Virus record (IMG/VR): IMGVR_UViG_3300038393_002936
From: a virus
Direction: 5' to 3' (one strand)
Length of the DNA: 64,000 bases
In this document: positions 1-9,796 of the stretch, piece after piece
Layout of the letters: each line of letters opens with the position of its first letter
How positions within the stretch are numbered: position 1 is the stretch's first letter
The notes under the pieces: model-generated
Databases searched by the model: none
The model's input: the letters and a program-made list of their open reading frames with translations, nothing else
What the model was told of the DNA's origin: nothing
Program-made: the position numbers and the translations under genes

Positions 1-917
1 GCGGGTCGGCATCTGGAGTGGGTGGAAATGGTCAGCCGGACGGGACTGGAGGGATAGCTGGGACTGGCGGTGGAAATGGAGGTGCGGGTGGGGCACCTTC
101 TGTCGCGGCCCAGAACGGGTTTTCTCCGGGTGGTGGCGGGGGTGGGGTGTACGCCGGGGCGGTTGGGAGCGGGGGGGAAGCTTCTCCGGCAGGGAAGGGA
201 GCAGACGGACAAGTCGTACTGACCTGGGATGACCCCCCGACCAGCAGCCTTCCGCTCTATATTTGCGGGGCGTCCCCCGTCTCGGGCGGGCTGCCACTAT
301 GCGTGAGCGGGGACCAGGTTAAAAGTGGCGGGCTTCCCCTCGTCCTGCTCGGGTCGGCTCCCTTTTCGGGCGGCCTGTCACTTGTCCTCCAGGGCCCGCA
401 CCCGTTCAGTGGTGGGTTACCTCTGGTGGCGGTCGGGGCCGGACCCGTTAGTGGTGGGCTGCCTCTCTTCCTACACGGGGCGACCCCTCTTTCGGGTGGG
501 CTCCCGCTTTACGTCGGTGCGGCCTTCGCTGTGTCCGGCGGACTCCCCCTATTCACCAAGGGCCCGATGCCAGTGTCGGCCGGGCTCAACCTGTACGTGA
601 AGGGGGCACCTCCCTCGGCCGCGGACGGCCTTCCCCTTATTCTCGTTGGTGACCAACCCTGGCGGCAAGACGGGTTACCGCTCGTCCTCTGGGGCTCCCC
701 CATCGGGTACGAGTCGGCCGGGCTGAACCTGTATTTGAGGACCGGCGAGGGGGGTGGGTTACCGCTCGTGCTATTGGGCCCGGGTGCTCCCTCCTCTGCC
801 GGAATCCCCCTGGTCATTACCGGGGCGACTGGCGTGACCGGCGGCCTCCCCCTCGTCATGGCGAGCCCGGTCGGGCCCGGCTCGGGACATCTTCCTCTGT
901 ACGTATGCGGGTGGTGA
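1..917 (+). CDS. Gly-rich tail fibre/minor tail protein with ~14-aa GGLPL repeats (5' end outside window)
   Basis: Frame is open from the window start. Gly-rich block ending GKGADGQVVLTW, followed by about 16 SGGLPLxxxG repeats. Lies next to other tail-like genes. Confidence 0.6.
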   Translation, partial: GSASGVGGNGQPDGTGGIAGTGGGNGGAGGAPSVAAQNGFSPGGGGGGVYAGAVGSGGEASPAGKGADGQVVLTWDDPPTSSLPLYICGASPVSGGLPLCVSGDQVKSGGLPLVLLGSAPFSGGLSLVLQGPHPFSGGLPLVAVGAGPVSGGLPLFLHGATPLSGGLPLYVGAAFAVSGGLPLFTKGPMPVSAGLNLYVKGAPPSAADGLPLILVGDQPWRQDGLPLVLWGSPIGYESAGLNLYLRTGEGGGLPLVLLGPGAPSSAGIPLVITGATGVTGGLPLVMASPVGPGSGHLPLYVCGW

Positions 918-918
918 T

Positions 919-2415
919 GTGGCAGATTATCAGGTCAGTTTGAGTTACGCCGGACGGAAGCTGGTGCCCGCCGGGCAGGTGTCTTGGAAGCTGGTCCCGC
1001 AACGGTCCGCGGACGGCACTCGCCGGACCGGCGTCTTCCAAATCACGCTCAACGGCCGCCTGGTCGCCTTCAAGGGGAGTCCCGACCCGTCCCTGGGCGG
1101 CGATTTTTTCTGGCAGGGAAGCGGGTATCCGCCCGACCCCGACCCCGCCACGACCGACCCCTCGACGCGAGTGGCCCGTCTGCGAGACAAGATGGGTGCG
1201 CTCCGCGCACTGTTTAGTCAGGACGGGCAGACCTTTCTGATTCAGCCGGGCGACGGTTCGGCCCCCATCCGGTTCAACCCCCGTATCGGCGATATTGCGA
1301 TTGATGAGGGGTCCTGGTTTCAAGATGCCAAGTACAGCATCTCGATGGAAGCCGACGTTATCTATTTCGGGACGACGGCTCTCGACGCCTCGCAGATGGG
1401 TCAGGCCGACAACGCCCCGAGCCACGAGTGGTCCACCGAGCAGGCGGACGACGTCGGGCGCATTTTCAAGGTCACGCACACGGCATCCGCGGTCGGCCGC
1501 CGGCAATACGACGGCAGCGGCAACGTGACGGCGGAGGGCTGGCAGGTCGCCCGGGATTTGGTCCTGGGAGGGCCACTGGCCGGGACCGGGGCCGCAACGC
1601 AGCTGGGGTTCGACTCGCAGTTTTTGACCGCGACCGGCGTTCTCAACCAGTCCTCGTTTCAGCCCTACAACTACGTGAGAGGCCAACAGGTCGACGGGCC
1701 GGGCGGGCGGTTCACGGTCACCGAGACCTGGACCTGTGTCGACCCGACCGCCGCGGGGCCGACCGGGCAGACTGCGGGTAAGGCGGTCGAAGATTTGACG
1801 GTCGAGAACCGGTATGATGTCGAGACGGGTTTATATACGGTCACGGCGAACGGGGTGGTGACGGGGCTCGAAGAACGAGACCCGGTCACCCGCAATTTTA
1901 TCCGCTCGCGATACGACAATGCTCAGCTTCGCTTCACGGCCATCACCCCGTCGGTGCTGCTGGGAGTGTGCCAGAACACAACCGGGCTCACGCTCAACCC
2001 ACAAGTAGTTTCGAGCACGATTGCCCGCAACAAAATCACCGGCGTTTTTCAATACTCGATGGTGTTTAACACGCGGGTCGGTAATACCGATGCGAGCTAC
2101 CTGACCGAGTCCATCGAAATCGAATGGGAGAACCCGGCGGACGTGTTCGCGGAAATCGGCGTCGTGGGGCGGGCGGCCGGGCCCATCCTACAGGTGATTG
2201 GTTCGAAAACCCGGGCCGCGGTCACGGTCTCAGCCTCCATTCAGGTGCCGGTCGCCTATAACGTGTGGCCCACGATTCCCGTCTTTAATCCCTTGCCGTA
2301 CGCCCTGACGGCCATCGGGCGGGTTCCCGCACAGATTTTCGTCGCGAGCGACAGGCCTCATTTTGATTTGAAGCGGGGTCATTATAGTCGGTCTACGACC
2401 TACGTATTTCAGTGA
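919..2415 (+). CDS. Putative minor tail/baseplate protein
   Basis: 498-aa ORF starting 2 nt after the previous stop; Thr/Val/Gly-rich beta-type composition; tail-cluster context. Confidence 0.55.
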   Translation: MADYQVSLSYAGRKLVPAGQVSWKLVPQRSADGTRRTGVFQITLNGRLVAFKGSPDPSLGGDFFWQGSGYPPDPDPATTDPSTRVARLRDKMGALRALFSQDGQTFLIQPGDGSAPIRFNPRIGDIAIDEGSWFQDAKYSISMEADVIYFGTTALDASQMGQADNAPSHEWSTEQADDVGRIFKVTHTASAVGRRQYDGSGNVTAEGWQVARDLVLGGPLAGTGAATQLGFDSQFLTATGVLNQSSFQPYNYVRGQQVDGPGGRFTVTETWTCVDPTAAGPTGQTAGKAVEDLTVENRYDVETGLYTVTANGVVTGLEERDPVTRNFIRSRYDNAQLRFTAITPSVLLGVCQNTTGLTLNPQVVSSTIARNKITGVFQYSMVFNTRVGNTDASYLTESIEIEWENPADVFAEIGVVGRAAGPILQVIGSKTRAAVTVSASIQVPVAYNVWPTIPVFNPLPYALTAIGRVPAQIFVASDRPHFDLKRGHYSRSTTYVFQ

Positions 2416-2465
2416 GTTACGCTTCACTCCACGCTCGCTATTTTTAACGTGCCTGAGTTTCCCAA

Positions 2466-5423
2466 ATGGCATTTTTTCAGAGTCGGTTTTTCGGGTTAAC
2501 TCTCCGCGATGTCAAGACTTCACTCGGGTGGGGAACGCAGCCGTCGACTTTGACGTGCCAGCTCGTCCAGGACGTCCTGAGCGGGGACCGGCTGACGGCT
2601 CCCCCCGTCGGCTCTCCTTGTTTTTTTGAGTTCGGTTCTTTGACGTTTTGGGGACTTCTCCAGCGATTGACGCAGTCCAACGGGGTCGACGGCCAAGTCT
2701 ACGAGGCCACATTGATTGACCCGCGAGAGGTGCTCGAGGGAGCTCAGGTTATCACGAGCGGGTACGCGGGGACCGTGCCAGGCGGGCTGGCCAACGTTTT
2801 TAATGTCTACGGATATTGGGAGGCCCGGGGGTTCGGGCTCTCACAGTCGACTCCGGCAGGGATGCCAGGGGCTCTGGTGGTCTCGGCTTTGCGAGACCTG
2901 GCGAATACCTCGGGGCCGGGGGCATTTGGTGGGCCCCTCAATTACAAGGGCTATCAATACGGGCTCGACCTGAGTCAGTTGCCGACACCACCGGGTTATT
3001 ATCGGCTCCCGGGCGGGTCGATGAATCTTTTGGATTTGGTCCAGACGATTTGCGAGGATTCGGGCTGCGACTTTTTTGTGGAGCTGGTCGGCCTGACCAT
3101 CGTCGTGCGGGTCGTCTCGCGGTTCTTCCAGCCACCGCTCGGGACCATTACGGCATTGGCCGCCGGAGCGACTTTCTCGGGTCAGGCGGTCCGGACCGAG
3201 GCCGGGGTTGAGGCCCGGAATGAGACGACGTCAGTTTTGTTGACTGGCGGGGAAAAGACCGGGGTTTACATTACGTCCTCGCTACTTTCGTACTGGGGGA
3301 CGGACGTTCTTGGTAATCCGGTGGTCGGGACGGCCGGCACACTATCGCCGTTCGGGACGGTCGAGTTCGCGAATTTGAATGCGGCCGACTGTGCGGATAT
3401 CGTTGGGTCGACAACTTATCAGTGTAGCACTATCGAAATGCGGTTCGCCCTGTGGGGCGTGGAAATGTGGGCCGCTTTTGTCAATAAGTTCAAACCAGAT
3501 ATCGGGACCCTGATTGGGGATACGCTATATGGTGACAACGGGATTCCGTTCCCCGGAGGTGCCCAGCCGGACATGATTAAAGACGCCCCGGAGGTCGTCA
3601 ACCAGAACGTTTCCGATGTGTTGGCCGACCGGAGAAGTCGGCTGTATGACTTGGTCCGGCGGTATGCCGAAGACTTTTATGGTAAGCAGTTTTTGGTCCA
3701 GATTCCGGACATCGCTGCCAATATCGACCCCGAAACCGGCATTATCACTTCCTCGATGGAAGTGTCACAGGCCGGCTATCTGGAATTTGGTGCCGCATCA
3801 CTCGGCGTCCCAGAGACGCGACTGGACGTGCTCCAGCAGGAGGACGACCGGGTCGTGGCGTTCGCCTATTACCAGAACGTGGTCGGGGCGGACACCTCCC
3901 GCATGAACTGGGGTGAAACCGCCGTTGACGCGAACGGCCAACTCTGGTGTCGCGTGCAGGCATCCTCTCGGATTTTGTTTTTGCCCAATAATACGACTCC
4001 GTACGTACATGTCCGTCTCGGGGCCCCCCTCTACGACATCAACGCGGACCAGTTCGGTGACATAACGGTCCTTAAAAACATTTTCGGCCCGAATATTGAC
4101 GAGACTGCAATCCAGAACGTGAACACATCTCTGACCGGAACGGTCGGGTATTGCGGAGTGCATCAGGCGGCCCGTTACCCAGCGGCCATCGGGGTGCCAC
4201 TTAAATCAAATGTGGAAGTGTATGGACCATGGTTTATCGCCGGAACCCCCGGACGAGTGCGGGTCGAACAAGACCCCTCCCTGACCCCCTGGGATTACGG
4301 GTCGGCCGACGTGATGAATTTGGCCGGACAGGCTCGTGTACAGACTACGGTCACCAACCAGACCGTCCAGGAGTCAGGTGGGATTGTCGTGGCCGGAGCT
4401 CCGTCGTGGTCGCTCGGCAACACCATGACGACCGGGGGGCCGAACCTGACGAACCTCGAGGTGCAGTTCGGGCCGCAGGGGGTGACGACCTCGTATCGGT
4501 TCCAGACCTTTACCCCGCGGTTCGGCCTGTTCGCTCGGCAAAACGTCGAGCGGATTCGCCGATTGGCCCTGAGTGCGGTCGAGCAGAGGCGGCAGATTCG
4601 ACGGGCACTCAACCGGGCCCTGATTGCGGCTTCGACGTTCGATAGGGCGGCCCGGGGAGCGAAAGCCAACAAGGAGTTCTGGAATAAAAAGCAGAGCCCG
4701 CACACCGTGCTTATGGCCCAGTCCATCGCAAACGGGGATGATACGCGAGCGTTTTCCGGGACCGAGACCTACGAGACATCGCTGTCGCTACTGAATCAGG
4801 GCGGCAGCTTTACGGACCGGGCCATCATGTCTCTGTCGGGGTTGGTCCGCGGGTTTTCCACGAACCGCAGTGGGGGCACAAAACTGGCCTACTACCCGCA
4901 GGTGGTCGGGTCCTCCTGTCCGATTACGCAGACCACGCTCGACCCGTTCCAGGCCGGGAACGATGTCGAGGTCCTGGCGTGGGGACAGAGTTATAGCGGG
5001 GCTCATGCCTACCGGCGGGGGGCGACAGCGGGCGACACACGGGCCCTGGCACTCCGCGGACCTCTGGTCGTCGCGGGGTGGGGCTGGGGGATTGATGGGA
5101 AGCCGGTGCCAGGAGACGGAAATGGTGGGTTCGCCTCGAATTATCTGAGACGGTCTGACCTGTGGCCGGCGGGCCCGCTCGAGGTGTTCTGGGACAAATG
5201 GAGGGGTGTCTGGACCGGACAGGCCCTTTTGTCAGCGGTCAACGTGGGGGACGTGGGAGCCGGCGGGACCGGCTGGGTGAATGTCGTGGGGTATACGGCA
5301 CAGTCTCCGGGGCATGTACAGGTTTTCAACCAGTGGTCGAGCACGATTAAGGCCGGCAAAAAGTGTTTAATTAGCTGGGTGGGCAACGAGGGACGATTTC
5401 AGTTTGTCGCGGTGGATTGTTAG
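2466..5423 (+). CDS. Putative tail tip/baseplate hub-like structural protein
   Basis: 985-aa ORF with a hub-like N-terminus (SLGWGTQPSTLTCQLVQD...LLDLVQTICEDSGCDFFVEL); tail-cluster context. Confidence 0.55.
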   Translation: MAFFQSRFFGLTLRDVKTSLGWGTQPSTLTCQLVQDVLSGDRLTAPPVGSPCFFEFGSLTFWGLLQRLTQSNGVDGQVYEATLIDPREVLEGAQVITSGYAGTVPGGLANVFNVYGYWEARGFGLSQSTPAGMPGALVVSALRDLANTSGPGAFGGPLNYKGYQYGLDLSQLPTPPGYYRLPGGSMNLLDLVQTICEDSGCDFFVELVGLTIVVRVVSRFFQPPLGTITALAAGATFSGQAVRTEAGVEARNETTSVLLTGGEKTGVYITSSLLSYWGTDVLGNPVVGTAGTLSPFGTVEFANLNAADCADIVGSTTYQCSTIEMRFALWGVEMWAAFVNKFKPDIGTLIGDTLYGDNGIPFPGGAQPDMIKDAPEVVNQNVSDVLADRRSRLYDLVRRYAEDFYGKQFLVQIPDIAANIDPETGIITSSMEVSQAGYLEFGAASLGVPETRLDVLQQEDDRVVAFAYYQNVVGADTSRMNWGETAVDANGQLWCRVQASSRILFLPNNTTPYVHVRLGAPLYDINADQFGDITVLKNIFGPNIDETAIQNVNTSLTGTVGYCGVHQAARYPAAIGVPLKSNVEVYGPWFIAGTPGRVRVEQDPSLTPWDYGSADVMNLAGQARVQTTVTNQTVQESGGIVVAGAPSWSLGNTMTTGGPNLTNLEVQFGPQGVTTSYRFQTFTPRFGLFARQNVERIRRLALSAVEQRRQIRRALNRALIAASTFDRAARGAKANKEFWNKKQSPHTVLMAQSIANGDDTRAFSGTETYETSLSLLNQGGSFTDRAIMSLSGLVRGFSTNRSGGTKLAYYPQVVGSSCPITQTTLDPFQAGNDVEVLAWGQSYSGAHAYRRGATAGDTRALALRGPLVVAGWGWGIDGKPVPGDGNGGFASNYLRRSDLWPAGPLEVFWDKWRGVWTGQALLSAVNVGDVGAGGTGWVNVVGYTAQSPGHVQVFNQWSSTIKAGKKCLISWVGNEGRFQFVAVDC

Positions 5424-5424
5424 T

Positions 5425-5988
5425 GCAGTTCCGGCAGGGAAGGGAGTAGTTCGGTGTATTTTCCTGTGGATACTGTCTAAACGCCACAGGGACCAACCAT
5501 GACCTCTCAACTCCTTCCGCCTAACTCACCGGATGACGCGGAGGGATGCCTGCACCGAACCGTCATATCCCTCCAGGTCGACGACGACGTGCCAGTGACC
5601 CCGGTGCGGCGGGGCCATCTTCACCGGGCTGACCAGAGCCAACCCACCGCGAAACTCGTACGAGTCCCCGCGGTCGTATTTGGCGAACTCGTGGTGCTCC
5701 AGAAGGCGGACGTTGGCCTGCTTATCGAGGCTGATTTCGATGACGCTTTCTGGGCCAATAATTCCCAAGTCGCGGTGCAGATAAACCATCATGACACGCC
5801 CTGGGGTGACGGTCAGTTCGCCTGACGGGTAACGCCGGCACTATTCCGGCCGTCCTCGTATCGGCATGACAACACGGCGAGTGTAACGAGAACTTATGGT
5901 CGACGCCAGAAAAAACTTGTCGTGACGGCGGAGAGGCCGACCGGAACGCAGTTCCGGCAGGAAAGGGAACAAGGGTAGTCCGGTGTAT
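5425..5988. repeat. Imperfect direct repeats (5425-5459 and 5948-5988) flanking the DUF1883-like gene
   Basis: GCAGTTCCGGCAGGGAAGGGA-GTAGTTCGGTGTAT versus GCAGTTCCGGCAGGAAAGGGA(ACAAGG)GTAGTCCGGTGTAT. Confidence 0.8.
5526..5792 (-). CDS. DUF1883-like protein
   Basis: ANVRLL...YxGGLA..SPV....P..GHWHVVVDL pattern recalled for DUF1883. Confidence 0.65.
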   Translation of the reverse strand: MMVYLHRDLGIIGPESVIEISLDKQANVRLLEHHEFAKYDRGDSYEFRGGLALVSPVKMAPPHRGHWHVVVDLEGYDGSVQASLRVIR

Positions 5989-6031
5989 GAGACTGGCACA
6001 GACTATGTCTATTTCCTGCCGGAAACTATAA

Positions 6032-6685
6032 ATGTCAGCTCAGATTACGTGGTGGGGGAGCGACGGCACGAACCTGAATAGCTTAGCCGGCTCTGGCATC
6101 GGCTTTTACGGGGCCGGCGGGTTCGGTGCGTCTGTTACAATTGGAGATTTCAACAGTCGGTCCTTCGAAACAGACGCAAGCGGCCTTCTTCAAGGCAACG
6201 AACTCTGGAACAACAAATATTTGAACCCGACCGGGGTCATTCTCGGCCAAACCGGGTCGGGAATTCCACTTAACTGCATCCCGAACCAACAAGCGGTGGT
6301 TAACCCTCGCTTCGTCGCGGATTCTCCTGTCCGTGTTCAAAACGCGACTTTCACGTTTTACGACCGAGTTTCCACGTCGAACCCGCCGTCTGGTCTTGTG
6401 GCTGTCGCGTACGAAGTCCGACATCCGGGCTCTGGCCAAACCCCCGACGGGTCTGGCGGGCCGGGCACGCCTGTTATCAGCGGGAATCACGCCTGGTGGC
6501 TGTGGGGGACCGGCACCCCCACTGGCGCAATGCCGCTTTCCGCCTCCCCGGGGACAAGCGGTCTGAGCCCGAGTGGGTCGAGTACAGTCGACACTCGCCA
6601 TGACTATTATCTAAGTATTAGTACGAGCCCAACCACAACGGGCACAAAGCTATTTGCGTGTTCATTATACTTAGAATATCTTTAA
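6032..6685 (+). CDS. Putative virion structural protein
   Basis: 217-aa Gly/Ser/Thr-rich ORF preceded by the GGTGTAT motif and followed by a terminator. Confidence 0.55.
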   Translation: MSAQITWWGSDGTNLNSLAGSGIGFYGAGGFGASVTIGDFNSRSFETDASGLLQGNELWNNKYLNPTGVILGQTGSGIPLNCIPNQQAVVNPRFVADSPVRVQNATFTFYDRVSTSNPPSGLVAVAYEVRHPGSGQTPDGSGGPGTPVISGNHAWWLWGTGTPTGAMPLSASPGTSGLSPSGSSTVDTRHDYYLSISTSPTTTGTKLFACSLYLEYL

Positions 6686-6705
6686 TATATTATAGTAATT
6701 AGCCG

Positions 6706-6742
6706 AAACAAAGCCCGGCAATTTGCCGGGCCCTTTTGTTTT
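6706..6742. terminator. Probable bidirectional intrinsic terminator
   Basis: GCCCGGCA-ATT-TGCCGGGC stem with AAACAAA on the left and TTTTGTTTT on the right, between convergent units. Confidence 0.75.
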
Positions 6743-6822
6743 ACGGGACCATCAGGTCCGAATTGCCGATAGCTATAAACTGAATATTTATAGCGTTTTG
6801 CCCAATTTTTCCCACCTGCATA

Positions 6823-7095
6823 TCATTTAGAACCCGAATGTCCGTCCGTTCGTCCCTGGACCGGCACGCGGGCCCAGGTCCCGGTCGGCAGGGCGAACAC
6901 GGTGCCGTTTTCGGCCGCGAAGAAGTCGAGTTCCCCAGTCGAGTCGGGCTCAAGAGAACGGACCCTGAACACCTCTCCTGCCGGAACATCGACACTGTCC
7001 CAATCAGGCATACTGTTCACGAAGGCCTCAGGCACAAGCAGAACCGAAGCGGGGACGAGCAGGACGAGCGTGAACATCGGGCGGGTCCTCGGCAA
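6823..7095 (-). CDS. Small hypothetical protein with hydrophobic N-terminus
   Basis: Lies downstream of a leftward sigma70-like promoter; MFTLVLLVPASVLLV segment. Confidence 0.35.
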   Translation of the reverse strand: MPRTRPMFTLVLLVPASVLLVPEAFVNSMPDWDSVDVPAGEVFRVRSLEPDSTGELDFFAAENGTVFALPTGTWARVPVQGRTDGHSGSK

Positions 7096-7202
7096 GGTGC
7101 GCAGCGGGACGAATGGAAATCAGCCCCCAAGGGGGTTGACGCCGGCAGAATAAAACGCGAGGATAAAGCCCCCACGGGGTGAGGGCCGTCAGGGTTTCCA
7201 GT

Positions 7203-7231
7203 ACAGTATCCCACTTGGGAAACCGTGTCAA
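7203..7231 (-). promoter_or_regulatory. Sigma70-like leftward promoter
   Basis: Minus strand TTGACA-N17-TACTGT. Confidence 0.65.
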
Positions 7232-7256
7232 CTGAAAAACCATATGCAATCACCTC

Positions 7257-7265
7257 TGCTACAAT
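7257..7265 (+). promoter_or_regulatory. Extended -10 promoter for the XRE gene
   Basis: TG-C-TACAAT ending 17 nt before the ATG at 7283; divergent from the leftward promoter. Confidence 0.45.
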
Positions 7266-7282
7266 CTGGCTTTGGCTTCAGA

Positions 7283-7531
7283 ATGCCTAAAGATGCGTTC
7301 AGTGAGGAGTTACGGCGACTCAGAAAGGAATCTGGCCTGACCCAGGAAGAGGTTTCGGTTGCCGCAGATGTGCCCATCTCAACGTATCGGAACTGGGAAG
7401 GTGGACACCGAAGACCTGAATTGGCGGCGGCTTACCGTCTGGCAAAGGCCCTCGGTGTCGAGGTGTCGGTTCTCGCAAAGCTCGCTAACGAACATCCACT
7501 TCGCAAAAAACGAGAGTCCGGAGAAGAATAG
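7283..7531 (+). CDS. XRE/Cro-CI family HTH regulator (candidate immunity repressor)
   Basis: LRRLRKESGLTQEEVS...STYRNWEGGHRRP...LAKALGV, a canonical HTH_3 pattern. Confidence 0.85.
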   Translation: MPKDAFSEELRRLRKESGLTQEEVSVAADVPISTYRNWEGGHRRPELAAAYRLAKALGVEVSVLAKLANEHPLRKKRESGEE

Positions 7532-7539
7532 GAACCGTT

Positions 7540-8265
7540 ATGGCCACCGCCCTCGAAACCACCTGTCCGACATGTCAGACATCCTTTTCGCTGACATCTC
7601 GAGTGGTCAGCCGTAACGTGGTCTGTCCTGTTTGCAGGTCCATCGTCAAGGCTCAGCCAGTCAGGGCGAAAGAATCCGCCACTTCCTCTTCAGGTCCCTC
7701 TCTTGCCAGACGGGCCGGAAAATGGACCCGAAATAATGCGGCGATTGCGGCGATTATCGTGAGTGTTGGTGGAACCTCATTACTTATCTTCATAATTGTT
7801 TTGTTTTTACAGAACCGCACGATATCTGCTGACTCGGGCATCCTGACAACTCAACCAACAGGCCGGGCAAAATACGACATCTCGGGTCGGACAGGCCCCG
7901 AGCCGGCGAAGGCAACCGAGAGCGAGGAAACATACAAAGCCTGGCTGAGCCGAAAAGTGCCATCTCGCTGGACCGTCCACCGAGTCACGCTTTCCGACAG
8001 ATACAACATCTCGAGCGCGACTTTTTTCACATACCTGGGTGGTGCCCGCTGCCGGTTTTCAGTTAGTCATATTAAGGCTTACGCTTGGGTCGTTACGGCC
8101 GAAGAGCAAGGTGTGGACGCACCACGGACCGCAGACATCACCTTCTTCCCCGATTACACTTACGATTACTTCTTCGCAACCGGACAAAACAAAAAATGGA
8201 CCGAAGAAATCACGCCACAGGCAAAAGAACTTGTGGAATATTTCCGTTCAGTTCTTCCGGACTAA
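7540..8265 (+). CDS. Zn-ribbon + single-TM membrane protein (possible superinfection-exclusion/lysogeny gene)
   Basis: CPTC...CPVC, then TM segment AAIAAIIVSVGGTSLLIFIIVLFL; directly behind the XRE gene. Confidence 0.6.
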   Translation: MATALETTCPTCQTSFSLTSRVVSRNVVCPVCRSIVKAQPVRAKESATSSSGPSLARRAGKWTRNNAAIAAIIVSVGGTSLLIFIIVLFLQNRTISADSGILTTQPTGRAKYDISGRTGPEPAKATESEETYKAWLSRKVPSRWTVHRVTLSDRYNISSATFFTYLGGARCRFSVSHIKAYAWVVTAEEQGVDAPRTADITFFPDYTYDYFFATGQNKKWTEEITPQAKELVEYFRSVLPD

Positions 8266-8268
8266 GCC

Positions 8269-8610
8269 ATGACAACAGTGGTAATCCAAATAAAAAAGAA
8301 TTCCGGGTCGCGCAATGTGTTTTACAGATTCTGCAAAAATCACAATCTTAACTATGAGGCAATTGAGTTTTATTCCCCAGATGGGGCCTACCACAAAAAT
8401 ACTGGAGCGATAAGGGCTTGGGCAGTGGTTAATAGTGAATTAAAAAAGTTACCGTATGTCTTTGTTGTTTCTGGCAAACTTGAAGCAATTGACGAACTTA
8501 GTAGGAGACCGTTTGTCGAACTGACCACTGAATCGAGCCGCCGTTCGGTCCTACCGGCCCAAGGTCAATCCAAGAAGGACGGAGCACATAGTCAAAGTCG
8601 GCACAGTTAG
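8269..8610 (+). CDS. Hypothetical protein, paralog of 8620-8961 and 41396-42244
   Basis: Shares YxAIEFYSPxG.Y.KN.G..R.WA and VLPAQGQSKKDG with the next ORF. Confidence 0.7.
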   Translation: MTTVVIQIKKNSGSRNVFYRFCKNHNLNYEAIEFYSPDGAYHKNTGAIRAWAVVNSELKKLPYVFVVSGKLEAIDELSRRPFVELTTESSRRSVLPAQGQSKKDGAHSQSRHS

Positions 8611-8619
8611 GGGATACCG

Positions 8620-8961
8620 ATGGCAACACTCGTAGTTAGAATTAAAATGAAAGGAAGATGTCGTCGCAGTTTTTACGGGTTTTGCGAACTTCATGGCCTT
8701 GCTTATCAGGCAATCGAATTTTACTCGCCGAACGGAACTTACCGCAAAAATGACGGCACACCGCGAGATTGGGCAATAGAAAACGGCGAGGTCACAGAGG
8801 TTCCTTGCGTTTTTGTTGTCAATGGTGACAAAGAGAAACTCGAAATACTCAAGTCCCTAAAATGCACTGAGGGTTGCGAAGAAACACAAAAGGGATGTGT
8901 GCTGCCAGCTCAAGGTCAATCAAAGAAAGACGGGTCGCACGGCCAAGGTCGTCACAAATAA
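8620..8961 (+). CDS. Hypothetical protein, tandem paralog of 8269-8610
   Basis: Same length (113 aa) and same motifs as the previous ORF. Confidence 0.7.
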   Translation: MATLVVRIKMKGRCRRSFYGFCELHGLAYQAIEFYSPNGTYRKNDGTPRDWAIENGEVTEVPCVFVVNGDKEKLEILKSLKCTEGCEETQKGCVLPAQGQSKKDGSHGQGRHK

Positions 8962-9161
8962 TGAGCGAAGAGGTTTTTGTTGAGTTGTGGAATCGAGCAG
9001 AAACTTTTGAAGACGCCTGCCGCAGTATCGCCGAGTACGCCCGCAGCCACGGTCTTCCCGACCTACCCAAGGTGAAAGTCGCCGCCCGCGTGGCCGAGTA
9101 TAGGCTTCGCGGGCTGGAATTAAAAAGGCAGGTTTCCGGCAGGTCGGCTCCGCCGACGTGA
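8961..9161 (+). CDS. Small hypothetical protein
   Basis: ATG overlaps the previous stop (TAATG); MSEEVFVELWNRAETF. Confidence 0.55.
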   Translation: MSEEVFVELWNRAETFEDACRSIAEYARSHGLPDLPKVKVAARVAEYRLRGLELKRQVSGRSAPPT

Positions 9162-9170
9162 CGAAGTCAG
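9133..9170 (+). repeat. Mini-hairpin pair attached to TTCCGGCAG
   Basis: TTTCCGGCAG GTCGGC-TCC-GCCGAC G TGAC-GAA-GTCA. Confidence 0.75.
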
Positions 9171-9796
9171 GCCCGACCATCCCCTGGGGACGAACCGGGC
9201 GTGTATTGCCAGTGCAGCTCGACAAGAGGGCCGAAGTCGTTCTTGTCGGCCGCCCGGATGGCCGAAAGGTACGTCGCTCGGATGGGGCTCACCTCACCCA
9301 TCTGGGGCTCGGGCCAAACCGTGGGGTGGGCTCCGTGTCTCCGAAGCCAAATGTTCGCCAGCATCCGCGACCACCGACCGTTGCCGTTCAAGAAAGGGTG
9401 GATTTTGACCGCCCGGTAGTGCAGGAGGGCGGCGTCTTCGACTAGCGAGAAAGGGCCTTTTCCCCAGTAGGGGATGGTTTCGACGAGGTCTAGAACCTGA
9501 GCCTCCACGTCGTAGAACCGACATCCTAAGTTCAGGTCGCACTTCCTGGGAGTACCAGCCCAGGCCCAGACCTGTCCGAACATCTCCTTGTGCAACCCGA
9601 ACACCCAGTCGAAGGTGAACGGGGCTTCGGCCGGCCTCAGCCGACCCACCAAGTATTTTGACGCGGCGACGGCGATATTTTCCGCCTCGACCTGGTTTAG
9701 TTGGCGGCGGGTTCCGACCCAGGGCAGGAGCAACCCGGACACGTCGTCGATGGGTGTTTCGCCGGGAACATGCCCCCAGTCAATTTTAGTCGTCAT
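9167..9796 (-). CDS. Fic-domain protein, mobile mystery protein B type
   Basis: Fic motif HPFLNGNGRWSR; N-terminal PGETPID..GL...TR.QLN..EAENI typical of this subfamily. Confidence 0.85.
   Translation of the reverse strand: MTTKIDWGHVPGETPIDDVSGLLLPWVGTRRQLNQVEAENIAVAASKYLVGRLRPAEAPFTFDWVFGLHKEMFGQVWAWAGTPRKCDLNLGCRFYDVEAQVLDLVETIPYWGKGPFSLVEDAALLHYRAVKIHPFLNGNGRWSRMLANIWLRRHGAHPTVWPEPQMGEVSPIRATYLSAIRAADKNDFGPLVELHWQYTPGSSPGDGRA

Noticed and set aside
5499-5825. 108-aa + strand ORF
   Set aside because: It overlaps the better-supported DUF1883-like gene antisense; its start looks like a remnant of the duplicated 6032 gene start.
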